Shown piece by piece: positions 1-12,223 of a stretch of DNA of 36,778 nucleotides. Source of the DNA: Chiloscyllium plagiosum (taxonomy: Eukaryota); the NCBI RefSeq assembly GCF_004010195.1, contig NC_057759.1, forward strand, positions 2,663,679-2,700,456, read 5' to 3'. Both the position numbers and the translations under genes were made by a program. Within the stretch, counting starts at the first letter, position 1; the number at the start of each line of letters is the position of its first letter. Under the pieces are notes generated by a model. It had not been told where the DNA came from. It worked only from the letters and a program-made list of their open reading frames with translations, and searched no databases.

Positions 1-804
1 ATCCAAGTCCCTCCTCACTATCCACAACTCCACCAATCTTCGTATCATCTGCAAATTTACTGACTTCGAATCCCTCTTCCAAGTCATTAATAAAAATTAC
101 GAACAGCAGAGGACCCAGAACTGATCCCTGCGGAACTCTACTTGCAACTGGGCTCCAGGCTGAATATTTACCATCTACCACCACTCTCAGACTTCGACCG
201 GTTATCCAGTTTTCGATCGAATTGGCCAAATTTCCCTCTATCCCATGCCTCCTGACTTTCCGCATAAGCCTACCATGGGGAACCGTATCAAATGCCTTAC
301 TAAAATCCATGTATACTACATCCACTGCTCTACCCTCATCCACATGCTTCATCACCTCCTCAAAGAATTCAATCAGACTTGTAAGGCAAGACCTACCCTT
401 CACAAATCCGTGCTGGCTGTCCCTAATCAAGCAGTGCCTTTCCAGATAATCATAAATCCTATCACTCAGTACCTTTTCCATTACTTTACTTACCACCGAA
501 GTAAGACTAACTGGCCTGTAATTCTCTGGGTTATCCATATTCCCTTTTTTGAACAGGGGCACAACATTCGCCACTCTCCAGTCCCCTGGTACCGCCCGCG
601 TTGACAGTGAAGATGAAAAGATCATTGCCAACGGTACTGCAATTTCCACTCTTGCTTCCCACATAATCCCAGGATATATCCCATCAGGCCCGGGGGACTT
701 GTCTATCCTCAAGTTGTTCAAAATGTCCAACACATCTTCCTTCCTAACATGTATCTCCTCTAGCTTACCAGTCCGTTTCACACTCTCCTCTTCAACAATA
801 CGGT
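1..804 (-). mobile_element. CR1/HER1-type LINE fragment (ORF2, N-terminal half of RT), young subfamily
   Basis: The reverse complement closely matches 7205-8037 of the LINE copy in this window ([40 protein letters not shown]). Confidence 0.95.
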
Positions 805-1665
805 AATATGATATATTTTGTCCTGAGTGAGGGGCCGGTGGGAATTTCTTGCTGAGGTTTTGTCTGTTTCAGTGGAATGTTCTTTTGTTGAGTGATTTAC
901 ACTGTCCTTTCAAATGTTTTCCACTGTTCTTATACAGGCACATATTTCAGTTTGTTTCGCCTCTTTACCTTGGTCAGTTCTCATCTCAAACCCATGTCAT
1001 TCTTTTCTCGTTGTAGCGTGTCCTTTCTGTGATTCACTTTAAAACTTTAAACTTCTTTAAACTGCACTTTATCACAATTTCACTTGGATATGATGCAGAG
1101 CTGGGCTGAGGAGCGGCAGATGGAGTTCAACCCTGCCAAGTGTGAGGTTGTCCATTTTGGAAAGACAAATAAGAATGCTGAATACAGGGTTAACGGTAGG
1201 GTTCTTAGTGAGGATCTCTCCAGGTGGCATTACTCATTCACTAAGTTTGATCACAAAACGATCACTCTGAGATAGTTATGTCCCTAGCCAGTTGCACAAT
1301 TTGTTATTCCAAGAAACACTGAAAAACAAATTCTCTGAACTACTCTTCCAATATCACTGTTGTCAGTGTGACTGTCCCAGATTATGGGAATATTGAAGTT
1401 TCCCAAAATTATCACAAAATGTTTGTTAACATTTCCAATGAGTTCCTGTTTAATGCAGAAATGAGCAATGGAATGTTGTTCGGTGGCTAAAACTGTTCTG
1501 CTGCTTGTGTCCTTGGCAAGTAGTAGCCAGAATTTACATTCAGACTGACTCTACTTCATGATGTGAGGTCAAATGATTTCTCTGTACTGCCTTTGTTATC
1601 CATTATTGTTAGCGTTACCCATTTTGCCTGAGTTTCCACAAGGTTGTAATCCATTGAATATTTAT
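805..1665 (-). mobile_element. Ancient CR1 endonuclease-region remnant; paralogous copy of 5170-5905
   Basis: Collinear similarity to 5170-5905, e.g. cactttaaaacttt and gatagttatgtccctagccagttgcacaat. Interrupted by a young LINE piece at 1082-1213. Confidence 0.8.
1082..1213 (+). mobile_element. Isolated ~130-bp internal fragment of young CR1 ORF2
   Basis: Encodes LDMMQSWAEERQMEFNPAKCEVVHFGKTNKNAEYRVNGRVLS, matching 8029-8160. Absent from the paralogous site at ~5455. Confidence 0.92.
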
Positions 1666-1669
1666 GTTA

Positions 1670-2720
1670 TCCTCTCAGGTCCCTGCAACACTCCCGATCT
1701 GTAGATCCCACTCCAATGCCTGTGCCTCTCCCGATCCTGTTCCTACAAAACTCATTAACAATGTAACATCCTCCCGTCACTGTCACCCACCCTGTCAATG
1801 TAAGCTCCTCCTGTATCTCCAAACATTTACTCATCTCCATAACCTTCTCCAGCTCTTACCCCCATCTATGTAAACATCACTCTCCACTCGAACCCTCCCT
1901 ACCGCAAGAACTTCCTTCTGTTTGTGCTATGCTCCCTTATCTGTGAAACTGTCTCCAACCAAACTTGCTACCCAATCTCTCATAAAAAGGATCCAGACTC
2001 CACAGCCTCAATGTCTAAATAACCCCAGAACCTAAGCCTTCCTATATCTATAAACATCTTCAGTCACGATGACCCTCCATATTTCTGTTTGTTCTTCCAG
2101 ATGATACAAACATCCTTATCGCTGTAATCTGCTCACCTCCCTAAAACAGTCCATGTCTGTGTAATCCAGCCCTGTCCTACAAAAATCGTTATCCCTGTAA
2201 ACTTCTCCATCCCTCCCAACATCCCCAACTCCATGAAAACATCAGCACTACAGCTCTCCACATTTCTGTAACCTCCTGTGGCTCTCTGGTCCTCCTTCCC
2301 TGTGAAATCACCTCCAGTCCCCACATCCCTCCCAATCTGGGTCCTCTGCTCCAGATCAGACCATTGCTGTCTGTGTAAACACCTCCACTCTTGACAACTC
2401 TTCCCATTTGTGTAACCTCGTTCAGACCCCATACTCTCCAGCTTCCAGAATCCTCTTCCTGCCATTGCAACCAAAACCATGTTTATGTAACAACCACCAG
2501 TGCTTAAACCTCCCCGACTCAGTAACCTCTTGCAGTCCTATCAAAGCACCTAAACTCTGAAACCTCTCATTTCCCTACAATCCTCCCGCCCTCCCTCCTC
2601 AAATGCCTTCATCACCATGAAACCTCACAATTACTGAAGCCTCCTTTTGGCATTGCAACCCTCCTAATGTCTGCAAAATCTTCCTGTCCTGATATTCCTC
2701 CGTATCTCTGTAACCCCCAC
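1670..2720. repeat. Highly degenerate C-rich minisatellite, unit ~36 bp (approx. ccTATCTCTGTAACCTCCTCCAGTCCTACAACCCT)
   Basis: Consecutive 36-37 bp units from ~2040 begin cctatatctataaac, ccatatttctgtttg, ccttatcgctgtaat, ccatgtctgtgtaat, cgttatccctgtaaa. Confidence 0.7.
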
Positions 2721-2724
2721 CACA

Positions 2725-4078
2725 CTTCAGTGCCGTTCTGGGGAACATGGCAGAGGAGAGAAGATTTGTAGCGTATGGACCATATTACGGAGGCAGAATT
2801 CTGGAAATTACAAATTTGGTCGAATGTCTGTGGTGTGCACATTATTGGCGAGGACTCTAAAGACAGGATTATTGACTACTTGGAAAGCCATAGTTAAATT
2901 AGCCACAGTCAGTATGGGTTTGTGAGGGGTCAGGTCTTGCCTCACAAACCTTATTGAATTTTTTGAGGGTATGAGAGAATGATGGCTCATTCAGAAAAGA
3001 AGGAAAATTGGGATAAAGGGAAATCTGTACGTCTGGATACAGGATTGGATGGCCCAGAGAAGACAGAGTATGGCGGCAGATGGACAGTTTTGAGCCTGTA
3101 GCTCAGTGACCAGTGGTGTTCTGTAACAATCAGCTCTGGGACTCTGCTCTTTGTGATTTTTGTAAATGACTTGGATGAGGATGTTGGAGAGTGGGTTAGT
3201 AAGTTTGCCAAACACACCAAGGTTGGTGGAGTCGTGGGTAATGTGAAGGGCTGATGCAGGTTGTAATGGGACATTGACAGGAAGCAGAGCTGGGCTGGAA
3301 GTGGCAGATGGAATTCAATCTGGAAAAGTGTGAAGTGATTCATTCTGGAAGGTCGAACCTGAATTTAGACTACAGCGTTAAAATGCAAAATACTTGGCAT
3401 TGTGGAGGAACAGAGAGATCATGGCGTCCATGTCCATAGATCCCTCAAAGTTGCCACGCACGTTGAAAGGGCTGTTAAAAAGGCATATGTTGTGTTGGCT
3501 TTCCTTAGCAAGGGGATTGATTTCAAGAGCGGTGAGGTTTTTCTGCATCTTTATAGCGACCTGGTGAGACCACATTTGGAATATTGTGTTCAGTTCTTGT
3601 CCCATCTTTACAGGAAGGCTGTGCAAGTTTTAGAGAGAGATTTACCAGGATGCTGCCTGGAATGTAGGGCATTTCTTCTGGAGAACGTTTGAGGGAGCTA
3701 AGGCTTTTCTCATTGGAGTGAAGAAGGGGGTGGGGTGACTTGGTAGAGGTGAACAAGATGATGAGAGGCACAGAGTGAGTGAATAGTGAGAGACTTTTTC
3801 TCCTATGGCATAAATGGCTATTACAAGGTGGCATAATTTTAAGGTGATTGGAAGATGAATAAGAGGATAGAGAAAGGTAGGTGGTTGGATGGACTGCCAA
3901 TGGTGGTAGTAAAATTAGGCACTTTCGGGACATCTATTAAACACTTGGACAGACACATGGATATTAGTAAAATGAAGGGTATGAAGGTTAGTTTGATCTT
4001 ACAGTAGGATAAAAAGTTGGCATAGCATTATGGCCGAAGGGTCTTGGGCTGAACTGTTCTGTGTTCTGCGTTCTGTGT
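2725..4078 (+). mobile_element. Older CR1 LINE, RT through 3' tail, decayed
   Basis: Broken RT motifs ([22 protein letters not shown]) and a 3' end ggccgaagggtc followed by a (gttctgt)n-like tail. Confidence 0.9.
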
Positions 4079-4079
4079 G

Positions 4080-4668
4080 TTAAACTGGGTAATAAGCTCA
4101 GATCAGTGTAAAAAGGATATGGCATTCAGGAGGAGCTAGTTAACTGGATACAAAATTTGCTTGATGGTAGGAGACAGAGGGTGATGGGAGACATGTTTTT
4201 CTGACTGGAGACATGTGACCAGCGGTGGAGTGGGTCCACTGTTGTTTGTCATTTGGATAAATGGTTTGGATGGGAGTATTGGTTTCCTGGTAAGTAAGGT
4301 TTTTGGGTGTCACTCAAATTGGTGGTAAAGTGGACAGTGAAGAAGGTTATCTATGACACAACAGGATGAACAGTACTGCTGGGATAATGGGCTGAAGAAT
4401 AGCAGATGGAGGTTAATTAGATAAATGTGAGGTGTTCCATTTTGGTGAAACAAACCAGGGTGGGACTTGTACAGTTAATGTTCGGGCACTGGGTAGTGTT
4501 ATCAATCAGAGACCCAGGGATGCAGGTACACAGTTCTTTGAATGTGCTATCACAGGTAGACAGGCTGGTGAAGCAGGCCTTTGGGATGGTTACCTTCATT
4601 GGGGAGAGCATTAAGAGTAAGAGTTGGGATTTCATGTTGTATCTGTAAAAGACATTGGTGGGGCCACC
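4080..4668 (+). mobile_element. Decayed CR1 RT fragment
   Basis: Remnants of WIQNLLDGRRQRV, KCEVFHFGETNQG and QVDRLVKQAFGM. Confidence 0.85.
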
Positions 4669-4689
4669 ATAAAAACATTGTTGATCAGT

Positions 4690-4885
4690 AGGAAGAACTC
4701 CTCTTGTTCACTTACTTCCTTTAAGGAAGGGCATTAAATATTCTAACCTGGTCTGGCCAACATTTGACTCCAGACCCACAGCAATATGGCTGACTCTGAG
4801 CTACCCTCTGGGTAATTAGCAGTTGGGACAAAGAATGTTAGTCCAGGCAGTGACACCCACATCCCATGAATAAATAAATAAAAAT
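4690..4885 (+). mobile_element. 3' half of tRNA-derived SINE (family B in this window, name not assigned)
   Basis: Shares cctggtctggcc...gactccagacccacagcaat...cccacatcccatgaataaat with the reverse-strand copies at 18912-19228 and 21398-21732. Confidence 0.75.
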
Positions 4886-4889
4886 ACAC

Positions 4890-5165
4890 ATGGCGCTCCC
4901 TACCTCTGCAAAACCCTCCAGCTGCAGCAATCCGTACTGGCTTTGTAACACCGTTCAAACGCTGACCACTCTCTGTAACACTCTCACCACCTCTAGAACC
5001 TTCACCTCTCCCTGTTCCTATTGTGTCAATAAACCCTGATCATGGTTCCCCTTCCCACTGTCCTCGTCCTGCTAGCATACCCTTTGCAATCTATTTAATA
5101 TTTACTTCTAAAACACTCTCTCACTTCAGGATTTTAAGTACCTTTTGGTGATCCTCTCAGCTTCC
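4890..5165. repeat. Remnant of the same C-rich ~36-bp minisatellite
   Basis: Recurrent ctctgtaaca/ctctgcaaaaccctccag motifs as in 1670-2720. Confidence 0.5.
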
Positions 5166-5169
5166 TAAT

Positions 5170-6282
5170 CTAAGATGATCCCTTTTGTCTTGAGTGCGGG
5201 ACCAGTGGGGTTTTCTTGCTGAGGTTTATACTGTTTCAATGGAATGTCCTTCTGTTGAGTGTTTTACACTGTTCCTTCAAATGTTTTCTGCTGTTCATTT
5301 ACAGACACATGTCTCAGTGTGCTTAGCCTGTTTACCTTGGTCACTTCTCCTCTCACACACATGTAATTGGCTATTTTTGTTTCGAGTTGTAGCTTGTCCT
5401 CTGTGAATCACTTTAAAACTTTATATTTCTTTAAACTGAACTTTATCACAATTTCCCGAAGGATCTCTCCCGGTGACATTACTCATTCACTAAGTTTCAT
5501 CACACGGTCGCTCTGCGATAGTTATGTCCCTAGCCAGTTGCACAATGTGTTTTTCAAAGAAACACTGAAAAAAAATAACCGAAGGCCTACTCCAATATCA
5601 ATGTTGACCGTGTGTTTGTCCCAGATTATACGAATATTGAAGTTTTCCAAAATTATCACAATGCCTTTGTTAAAAAGTTCCAATGAGTCCCTGTCTAATG
5701 CAATGATGAACAATGGAATACTGTTCAGTGGCTAAAACTGTTCTGCTGCTTGTGTCTTTGGTAAGTAGTAATTTACATTCAGACTGACTCTAATTCATGA
5801 TCTTCAGCCAAATGCTTTCTCTGTAATGCCTTTGATATCCATTATTTTTCGTGTTACCAATTTCTCCTGAGTTTCCGCAAGATTGTGAACCATTGAATAT
5901 TTTTGTTCCAACTGTATCCATGTCTCCCTGGTGTCAAAACTCTTTTATCTCTGTGTCACAAATCCATCTACCTTATTACAGTGACGTTGTCCATTAAAAA
6001 AACATAACTTACTCTTTCCCACAATTTTCTGTCACAAATATTTTCGCTGATGTAGAATTTTAATTAAACTCTGTCCCTTCCTGTTCCTTTCTGCTTGTCT
6101 TCAGTCACATTCCCATGCTGTTCCATTGCTTCAACTTTTCTCTTTGGATTTGGAAAGTTCCTTTCACCTGAACCCTGTCCCAGCATCCTCTCTGTCAGTT
6201 TAAAGCCCTGTCCATAAACCTACCGACATGATCGGCCAGGACCCTGGTCCCAGCACGGTTCCAGTGGGACCATCCTAACGGA
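5170..6282 (-). mobile_element. Ancient CR1 remnant (end of ORF1 plus APE endonuclease region)
   Basis: The minus strand gives LFNKGIVIILENFNIRIIWDK, equivalent to the endonuclease xGDFNxxxxW motif. Confidence 0.75.
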
Positions 6283-6284
6283 TT

Positions 6285-6480
6285 ATTTATTAAATCGGGT
6301 ATGGGATGTGGGTACTCTGGTTGACCAGCCTTTCTTGCCCAGTCCTAGCTGCCTTGAACTGAGTAACTTGCTTGGCCTTTGAAGAGGGTAATTGGGAGGC
6401 AAATACTTTGCTGTGGGTATGTCGTGCAGACCACGTGAGGATGGGCAGATGTCCTTCTCTGAATGACATAGCAACCTGGG
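6285..6480 (-). mobile_element. SINE family B, 3' portion
   Basis: Reverse-complement similarity to 4690-4885. Confidence 0.65.
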
Positions 6481-6499
6481 ATACCTGCAGCGGTGTTTG

Positions 6500-8824
6500 T
6501 GCAGTGTGTCCAGGAAGCTTTTCTAACTCAGTATGTAGATTGTCCGACCAGAGGGGAGGCCATATTGGATTTGGTAACGAACCGGGATAAGTGATGGGCT
6601 TGTTAGTGTGTGAACATTTTAATGATGGTGACCACAATTCTGTGACTTTCACCTTGGTTATGGAGAGAGATAGGTGCGTGCAACAGGGTAGGTTTTACAA
6701 TTGGGAAAAGGGTAAATACGATGCTGTAAGTCAGGATCTGAGGAGCATAAGTTGGGAGGATAGGCTGTCAGGGAAGGATGTCATGAAAATGTGGAACTTT
6801 TTCAAGGAACAGATATGACTTGTCCTTGATATGTCAGGCATGGAAGAGATGGTCGTGTGAGGGAACCTTGGTTGACGATGGAGGTTGAACGTCTTGTAAA
6901 GAGGAAGAAGGAGGCTTATATAAGGTTGAGGAAACAAGGTTCAGACAGAGTGTTGGAGGGATACAGGATAGCCAGAAGGGAGCTGAAGAAAGGGTTTAGG
7001 AGAGCTGAGAGAGGGCATGAAAAATCTTTGGTGGATAGGATCAAGGATAACCCCAAGGCATTTTATGCGTATGTGAGAAACATGAGAATGACGAGAACGA
7101 CGGAAGGTCCGATCAAGGACAGTAGTGGGAGACTGTGTACTGAGTCGGAAGAGATAGGAGAGGACTTGAATGAGTACTTTTCTTCTGTATTTACAAATGA
7201 GATGGACCATATTGTTTAAGAGGAGAGTATGAAACGGACTGGTAAGCTAGAAGAGATACTTGTTAGGAAGGAAGATGTGTTGGGCATTTTGAAAAACTTG
7301 AGGATAGACAAGTCCCCCGGGCCTGACGGGATATATCCTAGGATTATGTGGGCAGCAAGAGAGTAAATTGAAGAGCTGTTGGCAATGAACTTTTCGTCCT
7401 CAATGTCAACAGGGGTGGTACCAGGGGACTGGAGAGTGGCGAATGTTGTGCCCCTGTTCAAAAAAGGGAATAGGGATAACCCCGGGAATTACAGACCAGT
7501 TAGTCTTACTTCTGTGTTTGGCAAAGTAATGGAAAGGGCACTGAGGGATAGGATTTATGAGTATCTGGAAAGACACTGCTTGATTAGGAACAGCCAGCAC
7601 GGATTTGTGAGGGGTAGATCTTGCCTTACAAATCTTATTGAATTCTTTGAGGAGGTGACGAAGCATGTGGATGAGGGTAGAGCAGTGGATGTAGTGTACA
7701 TGGATTTTAGTAAGGCATTCGATAAGTTTCCCCATGGTAGGCTCATGGGGAAAGTCAAGAGGCATGAGATAGAGGGAAATTTGGCCAGTTGGATAGAAAA
7801 CTGGCTAACCGGTCGAAGTCAGAGAGCAGTGGAAGATGGTAAATATTCAGCCTGGAGCCCAGTTACAAGTGGAGTTCGGCAGGGATCAGTTCTGGGTCCT
7901 CTGCTGTTTGTAATTTTTATTAATGACTTGGAAGAGGGAGTCGAAGGGTGGGGTCAGTAAATTTGCAGATGATACAAAGATTGGTGGAGTTGTGGATAGT
8001 GATGAAGGCTGTTGTCGGCTGCAAAGGGACTTAGATATGATGCAGAGCTGGGCTGAGGAGTGGCAGATGGAGTTCAACCCTGTCATGTGTGAGGTTGTCC
8101 ATTTTGGAAGGACAAATAAGAATGCGGAATACAGGGTTAACGGTAGGGTTCTTAGTAAGGTGGAGGAGCAGAGGGATCTTGGGGTCTATGTTCATAGATC
8201 TTTGAAAGTTGCCACTCAGGTGGATAGAGCTTGTACGAAGGCCTATGGTGTATTAGTGTTCATTAGCAGAGGGATTGAATTCAAGAGTCGTGAAGTGATG
8301 TTGCAGCTGTACAGGACCTTGGTTAGGCCACATTTGGAGTCCTGTGTGCAGTTCTGGTCACCTCGCTTTAGGAAAGATGTGGAAGCTATGGAGAGGGTGC
8401 AGAGAAGATTTAGCAGGATGTTGCCTGGAATGGAGAATAGGTCGTGCAAAGATAGATTGAGAGTGCGAGGCCTTTTCTCATTGGAATGGCGAAGGATGAG
8501 GGGTGACTTGATAGAGGTTTATAAGATGATCAGAGGAATAGATAGAGTAGACAGTCAGAGACTTTTTCCCTGGATACAACAGAGTGTTACAAGGGGACAT
8601 AAATCTAAGGTGAAGGGTGGAAGGTATAGGGGGGATATCAGGGGTAGGTTCTTTACCCAGAGAGTGGTGGGGGCATGGAATGCGCTGCCTGTGGGAGTGT
8701 CAGAGTCAGAATCTTTGGTGACCTTTAAGTGGCAATTGGATAGGTACATGGTAGGTGGCTTAAGCTAGGACAAACGTTCGGCACAACATCGTGGGCCGAA
8801 GGGCCTGTTCTGTGCTGTATTGTT
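6500..8824 (+). mobile_element. 5'-truncated young CR1/HER1-type LINE; ORF2 inactivated by stops and frameshifts
   Basis: ORF pieces 6591-6818, 6857-7219, 7379-7960 and 7923-8768 give the endonuclease C-terminus (PTRGEAILDL), RT ([17 protein letters not shown]) and the CR1 C-terminus (RGDLIEVYK, FFTQRVV). 3' UTR gggccgaagggcctgttctgtgctgt. Confidence 0.97.
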
Positions 8825-9975
8825 TGCAAATACTCTCTTTTTTCCTCTGTAATATAAATGTACTGTGCTTTCTAGTCACTCAAGTTCTCATTTTAATAGA
8901 TCTTCGTTTTCTTCTTAATCTGATACAAATCTCAAAACTCCGGGCACAATAAAAGCAATATGAATTATAAAATTAGTATCTGGACAAGGGAACCAATGAA
9001 CAGCTACATAGACCTCTTGAACAGCCATGATATTTGAATGAAAAAGCAATGCCTCCGAAAAACAAATCTCTGCACGTCTGTATCCTTTTTCAATTCAATA
9101 ATCCTGCAAATAGCTGATAATTGTCAGTTGATCTCTCTTAATGAGTACCTAATCAATGTTATTGTAAACCACTGAAAAATTTGAAACTTTTAGTTGTTAA
9201 AATTGTAGATTCATTCTCAATTCGTTATTAAAACAATATGGGAACCATATTTTACCTGTCCGCTCGGGTCAAGTGACCTTTCGCCCATAATTGAACATTC
9301 TAATTATTCCTAAAGCTTGAGGAATCCGAGCTAAAAAGGTCAAACTAAAGCAAACATTAGACAAAATAACCAGTTCCAAAAACCAGTGGAAAGCCCGGTT
9401 AAAGAGCTCACAACATTTCTGGAGATCCAGTGACAACCAGCCCGAGAGTTGTGTTTTGGCAAGTTTTAAGCAGACTTCCTGGCACCTTAACTTGCAGCCA
9501 GTGCCTGAGCGTAAGACACCTTGCTTGAGAATGACGACAAGTGAAAGGTGTTTGCACGAAACCCATTGAATGCTTAGAATCCAGAATTTTGGTATAATGT
9601 TGTGAAACATTTGCCAGATCATGGAAATCAGCTCAACATTATTGAAATCAAAGTACTCGTAATGGTCTTCAAGACCACCTAATTACTGTTCGGTGAAAAA
9701 CACTTTGTACGTGCCTTATTATTCTCAGGAAGAATAATCACAGCAAACATCACAGTCTCACCGGATCCAAAGATATGTAACAGACACCTTGTTATAATTT
9801 ACACACTACATCTTTCACAGACCAATGATGATACCTTATTACTTATGACTGAGGATACTATGCGTAACGTGTATCGAGATGAAGCAAGTCTTAAATATAG
9901 GAATCTTCTTCAGATAGGTTTCCAGTCCAAAAATTATGATAAAAATGTAATTGTGACTCATTACATTGTCAACAG
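8825..9975 (+). pseudogene. TLR7-family ectodomain relic, unit 0 (5' part lost; approx. LRR10-LRR20)
   Basis: LRFLLNLIQI at 8902-8931 (cf. human TLR7 LHFLPSLIQL, from memory), YGNHILPV, KHLPDHGNQLNII, NVYRDEASLKYRNLLQI. Many stops and frameshifts. Confidence 0.65.
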
Positions 9976-12223
9976 ATCCCCATTAAACGTATTTATCTGT
10001 TTATTCAGAGACAATATTGAAACAAATATCTTGATAAATGCTGTTGACTGCATGTTTCTGTGAAAATAATTCTTCCTTATTGACTTATTTTCTTTATAAT
10101 TCTGACTCATATGTCTAAATATTGATGATATGAAAAATTGCATAAATTAAATACAATGCAGAATTTGTTCTTATTATATATTATATTTCTCCAGAAGAAA
10201 AGCTAAGAAACCAAGTATAGAAATCTTGAAGATCTGAGAATTTTGAATGACAAACCATTTCTGATCAACATTCACTGAATGTCTAATGTCTTGCCACATC
10301 ATCATGCCAGAATTTGTATTCTCAGCTAACAGATTAAGAAATATCTAGTCAACATCAGAGCAAACCCGTTTGGAAATATTGAATCACTTACTTTGCCAAA
10401 GTTCTAAAAATAATTATCAATTCATTGTCTCTCCAAAAATCTCACAGTAATTCAGTTTAGGTTTTGTAACAAACATCGTCTAATTCACATTTTAATTTAA
10501 TCCATTATTTCTTAGTGTCAATATTCAAAAAGGAATAATAGTTCTCTTATTCCAGGTCAACACAAACACAAATTAATTAATGATTTCCCCATCCAACACT
10601 CACAGGTAATATCTGTTCCTTTCTAATTTGAATGTTCACAGAAATCATTGGATTAATATTCGGCCTTACATATTAAGTGACGTCTGATTTTATTTTTAGA
10701 TTAGATTACTTACAGTGTGGAAACAGGCCCTTCGGCCCAACAAGTCCACACCGACCCACCGAAGCGCAACCCACCCATACCCCTACATTAACCCCTGCCC
10801 CTAACACTACGGGCAATTTAGCATGGCCAATTCACCTAATCACCACATTTTTGGACTGTGGGGGGAAATCCACGCAGACATGGGAAGAATGTGCAAATTC
10901 CACACAGTCAGTCGCCTAAGGCAGGAATTGAAGCCGGGTCTCTGGTGCTGTGAGGCAGCAGTGCTAACCACTGTGCCACCGTGCCGCCCATTACACTCCA
11001 ACAAATGATGTTCATTTTTACATATGACAGGCAGCTGTATGAGATTTCTAAACAGCTGTCGCGACAATAGAAGAGTTCGTTTGTCAGAAATAGTTATTAT
11101 TTTAAAGTTACTAAGAATATTAAACAAAGGTTCTAATTACAGATTCTTGAGAATCACAGAGATAATTTGTAACATAATTAGATACATGCAACCAATGCCT
11201 ATCAAAAAAAAATATAGAAAAGCATTTAGACTTAGATGTGCAGTTAGCTAGTTTTAGGAATTAACTTCAAGGTATGATGTTGACTGCCCGTTAATTATAA
11301 AGAACTGACAGCAAGAGTAGCTGTATAATTTTCCACAATGTAACGAACATTATAACACAAGTCATATTACTAATCTTATAGCAAGTAAGTTAAAACTAAC
11401 TGTCTTTTGTATTTCTTTGTACATATATAATTAGGACAATATACAATATGAGAAGTAATTGACTTTGATAAAATAAAATATAATGAATAGCAAAATTCAA
11501 AATGTCCCAACTGATAAGGCATCCTGAGAGGCCCGAGGGAGTGCAGGAATAACTTTGGAATCTGAATTAATAAAATGTGTGGAAAGATCCAAATGTCTGG
11601 AGATTATCGTGCCTGTTAAACAACATGAAATGAAAGGAATTTCGGAATGTCCATTAGAATGTTCATCTGCGATTGAGTGTTTGAATTGGGCGAGGAGGAG
11701 AGGGCTGTAACCACAGTGCATGTGGCCATTGTGATGCAGAAAGTCCATAAAAATGCTGATTTTTATTGTACATGTTACAGTGTGTCATGGATCTCCCTTC
11801 CGAGATTGGCCTCGGGGGATGATCCCTTCATTAACTGATTGCTACATGAGTAAACATCTTCCATATGCCTGAGCTCAGCCTGCCTCCAGACTCTTCATTC
11901 CCTGTCAGGTGAAAACACTTCTACAGCTATGATGACATTTCAATTCAATACATACATTTATTGTGTGTGAAATTATTACATTCAGAGTGATATAATTTTC
12001 ATGATAAAGTTGCTTTACGTTTGCCTTTTTTTGGTGTACAAGAAAACAATTTGATTATATCCATTTGTTCTTTAGTTCAACCAACAAAAAGTTTTAAATT
12101 ATTGTGAAGACTACAATCGAGGAAACGGGAACTAGTCTTCAGCTCAAATGTCACATGATGTGACGGGTTTTTTTTCAAACCATGTGTCCTCCAAAATGAT
12201 TTTTATTTTCATTTCATTATAAG
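9976..12223 (+). pseudogene. TLR7-family ectodomain relic, unit 1 (interrupted by an HE1 SINE)
   Basis: AVDC (LRR-NT), VNIRANPFGNIESLTL, LHSNK, VRLSEIVIILKLLRILNKGSNYRF (cf. TLR7 MNLSQAFSSLKSLKILRIRGYVF), KHLDL, YYIQSDIIFM (cf. HYFQSEGITHM). DNA similarity to units 2 and 3. Confidence 0.75.
10693..10989 (-). mobile_element. Full-length HE1-type tRNA-derived SINE
   Basis: Minus-strand head gggcggcacggtggcacagtggttagc (A box), B-box-like gcttcaattcc, CR1-derived tail gggccgaagggcctgtttcc...taatctaa. Confidence 0.93.

Noticed and set aside
1670..2720. CRISPR-like or coding 36-bp periodicity
   Set aside because: There is no conserved repeat/unique spacer alternation, unit length varies and no frame is sustained. 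It is a degenerate minisatellite.
7379..8768. Intact reverse transcriptase gene or retron/DGR-like system
   Set aside because: It is ordinary CR1 ORF2 with stops and a frameshift near 7950, in eukaryotic repeat context.
11500..11730. Possible very old CR1 RT remnant inside TLR unit 1
   Set aside because: It is more G-rich with a faint likeness to the [13 protein letters not shown] region, but too decayed to call by eye.
11745..11980. Apparent LRR-CT (FYCTC..LPRLA) and TM-like segment (LHSLS..AMMT..Y..V*)
   Set aside because: The same stretch fits the Z-loop end to LRR18 in natural order, and its distal part aligns with 14020-14100. It is ambiguous, so TM/LRR-CT is not claimed.
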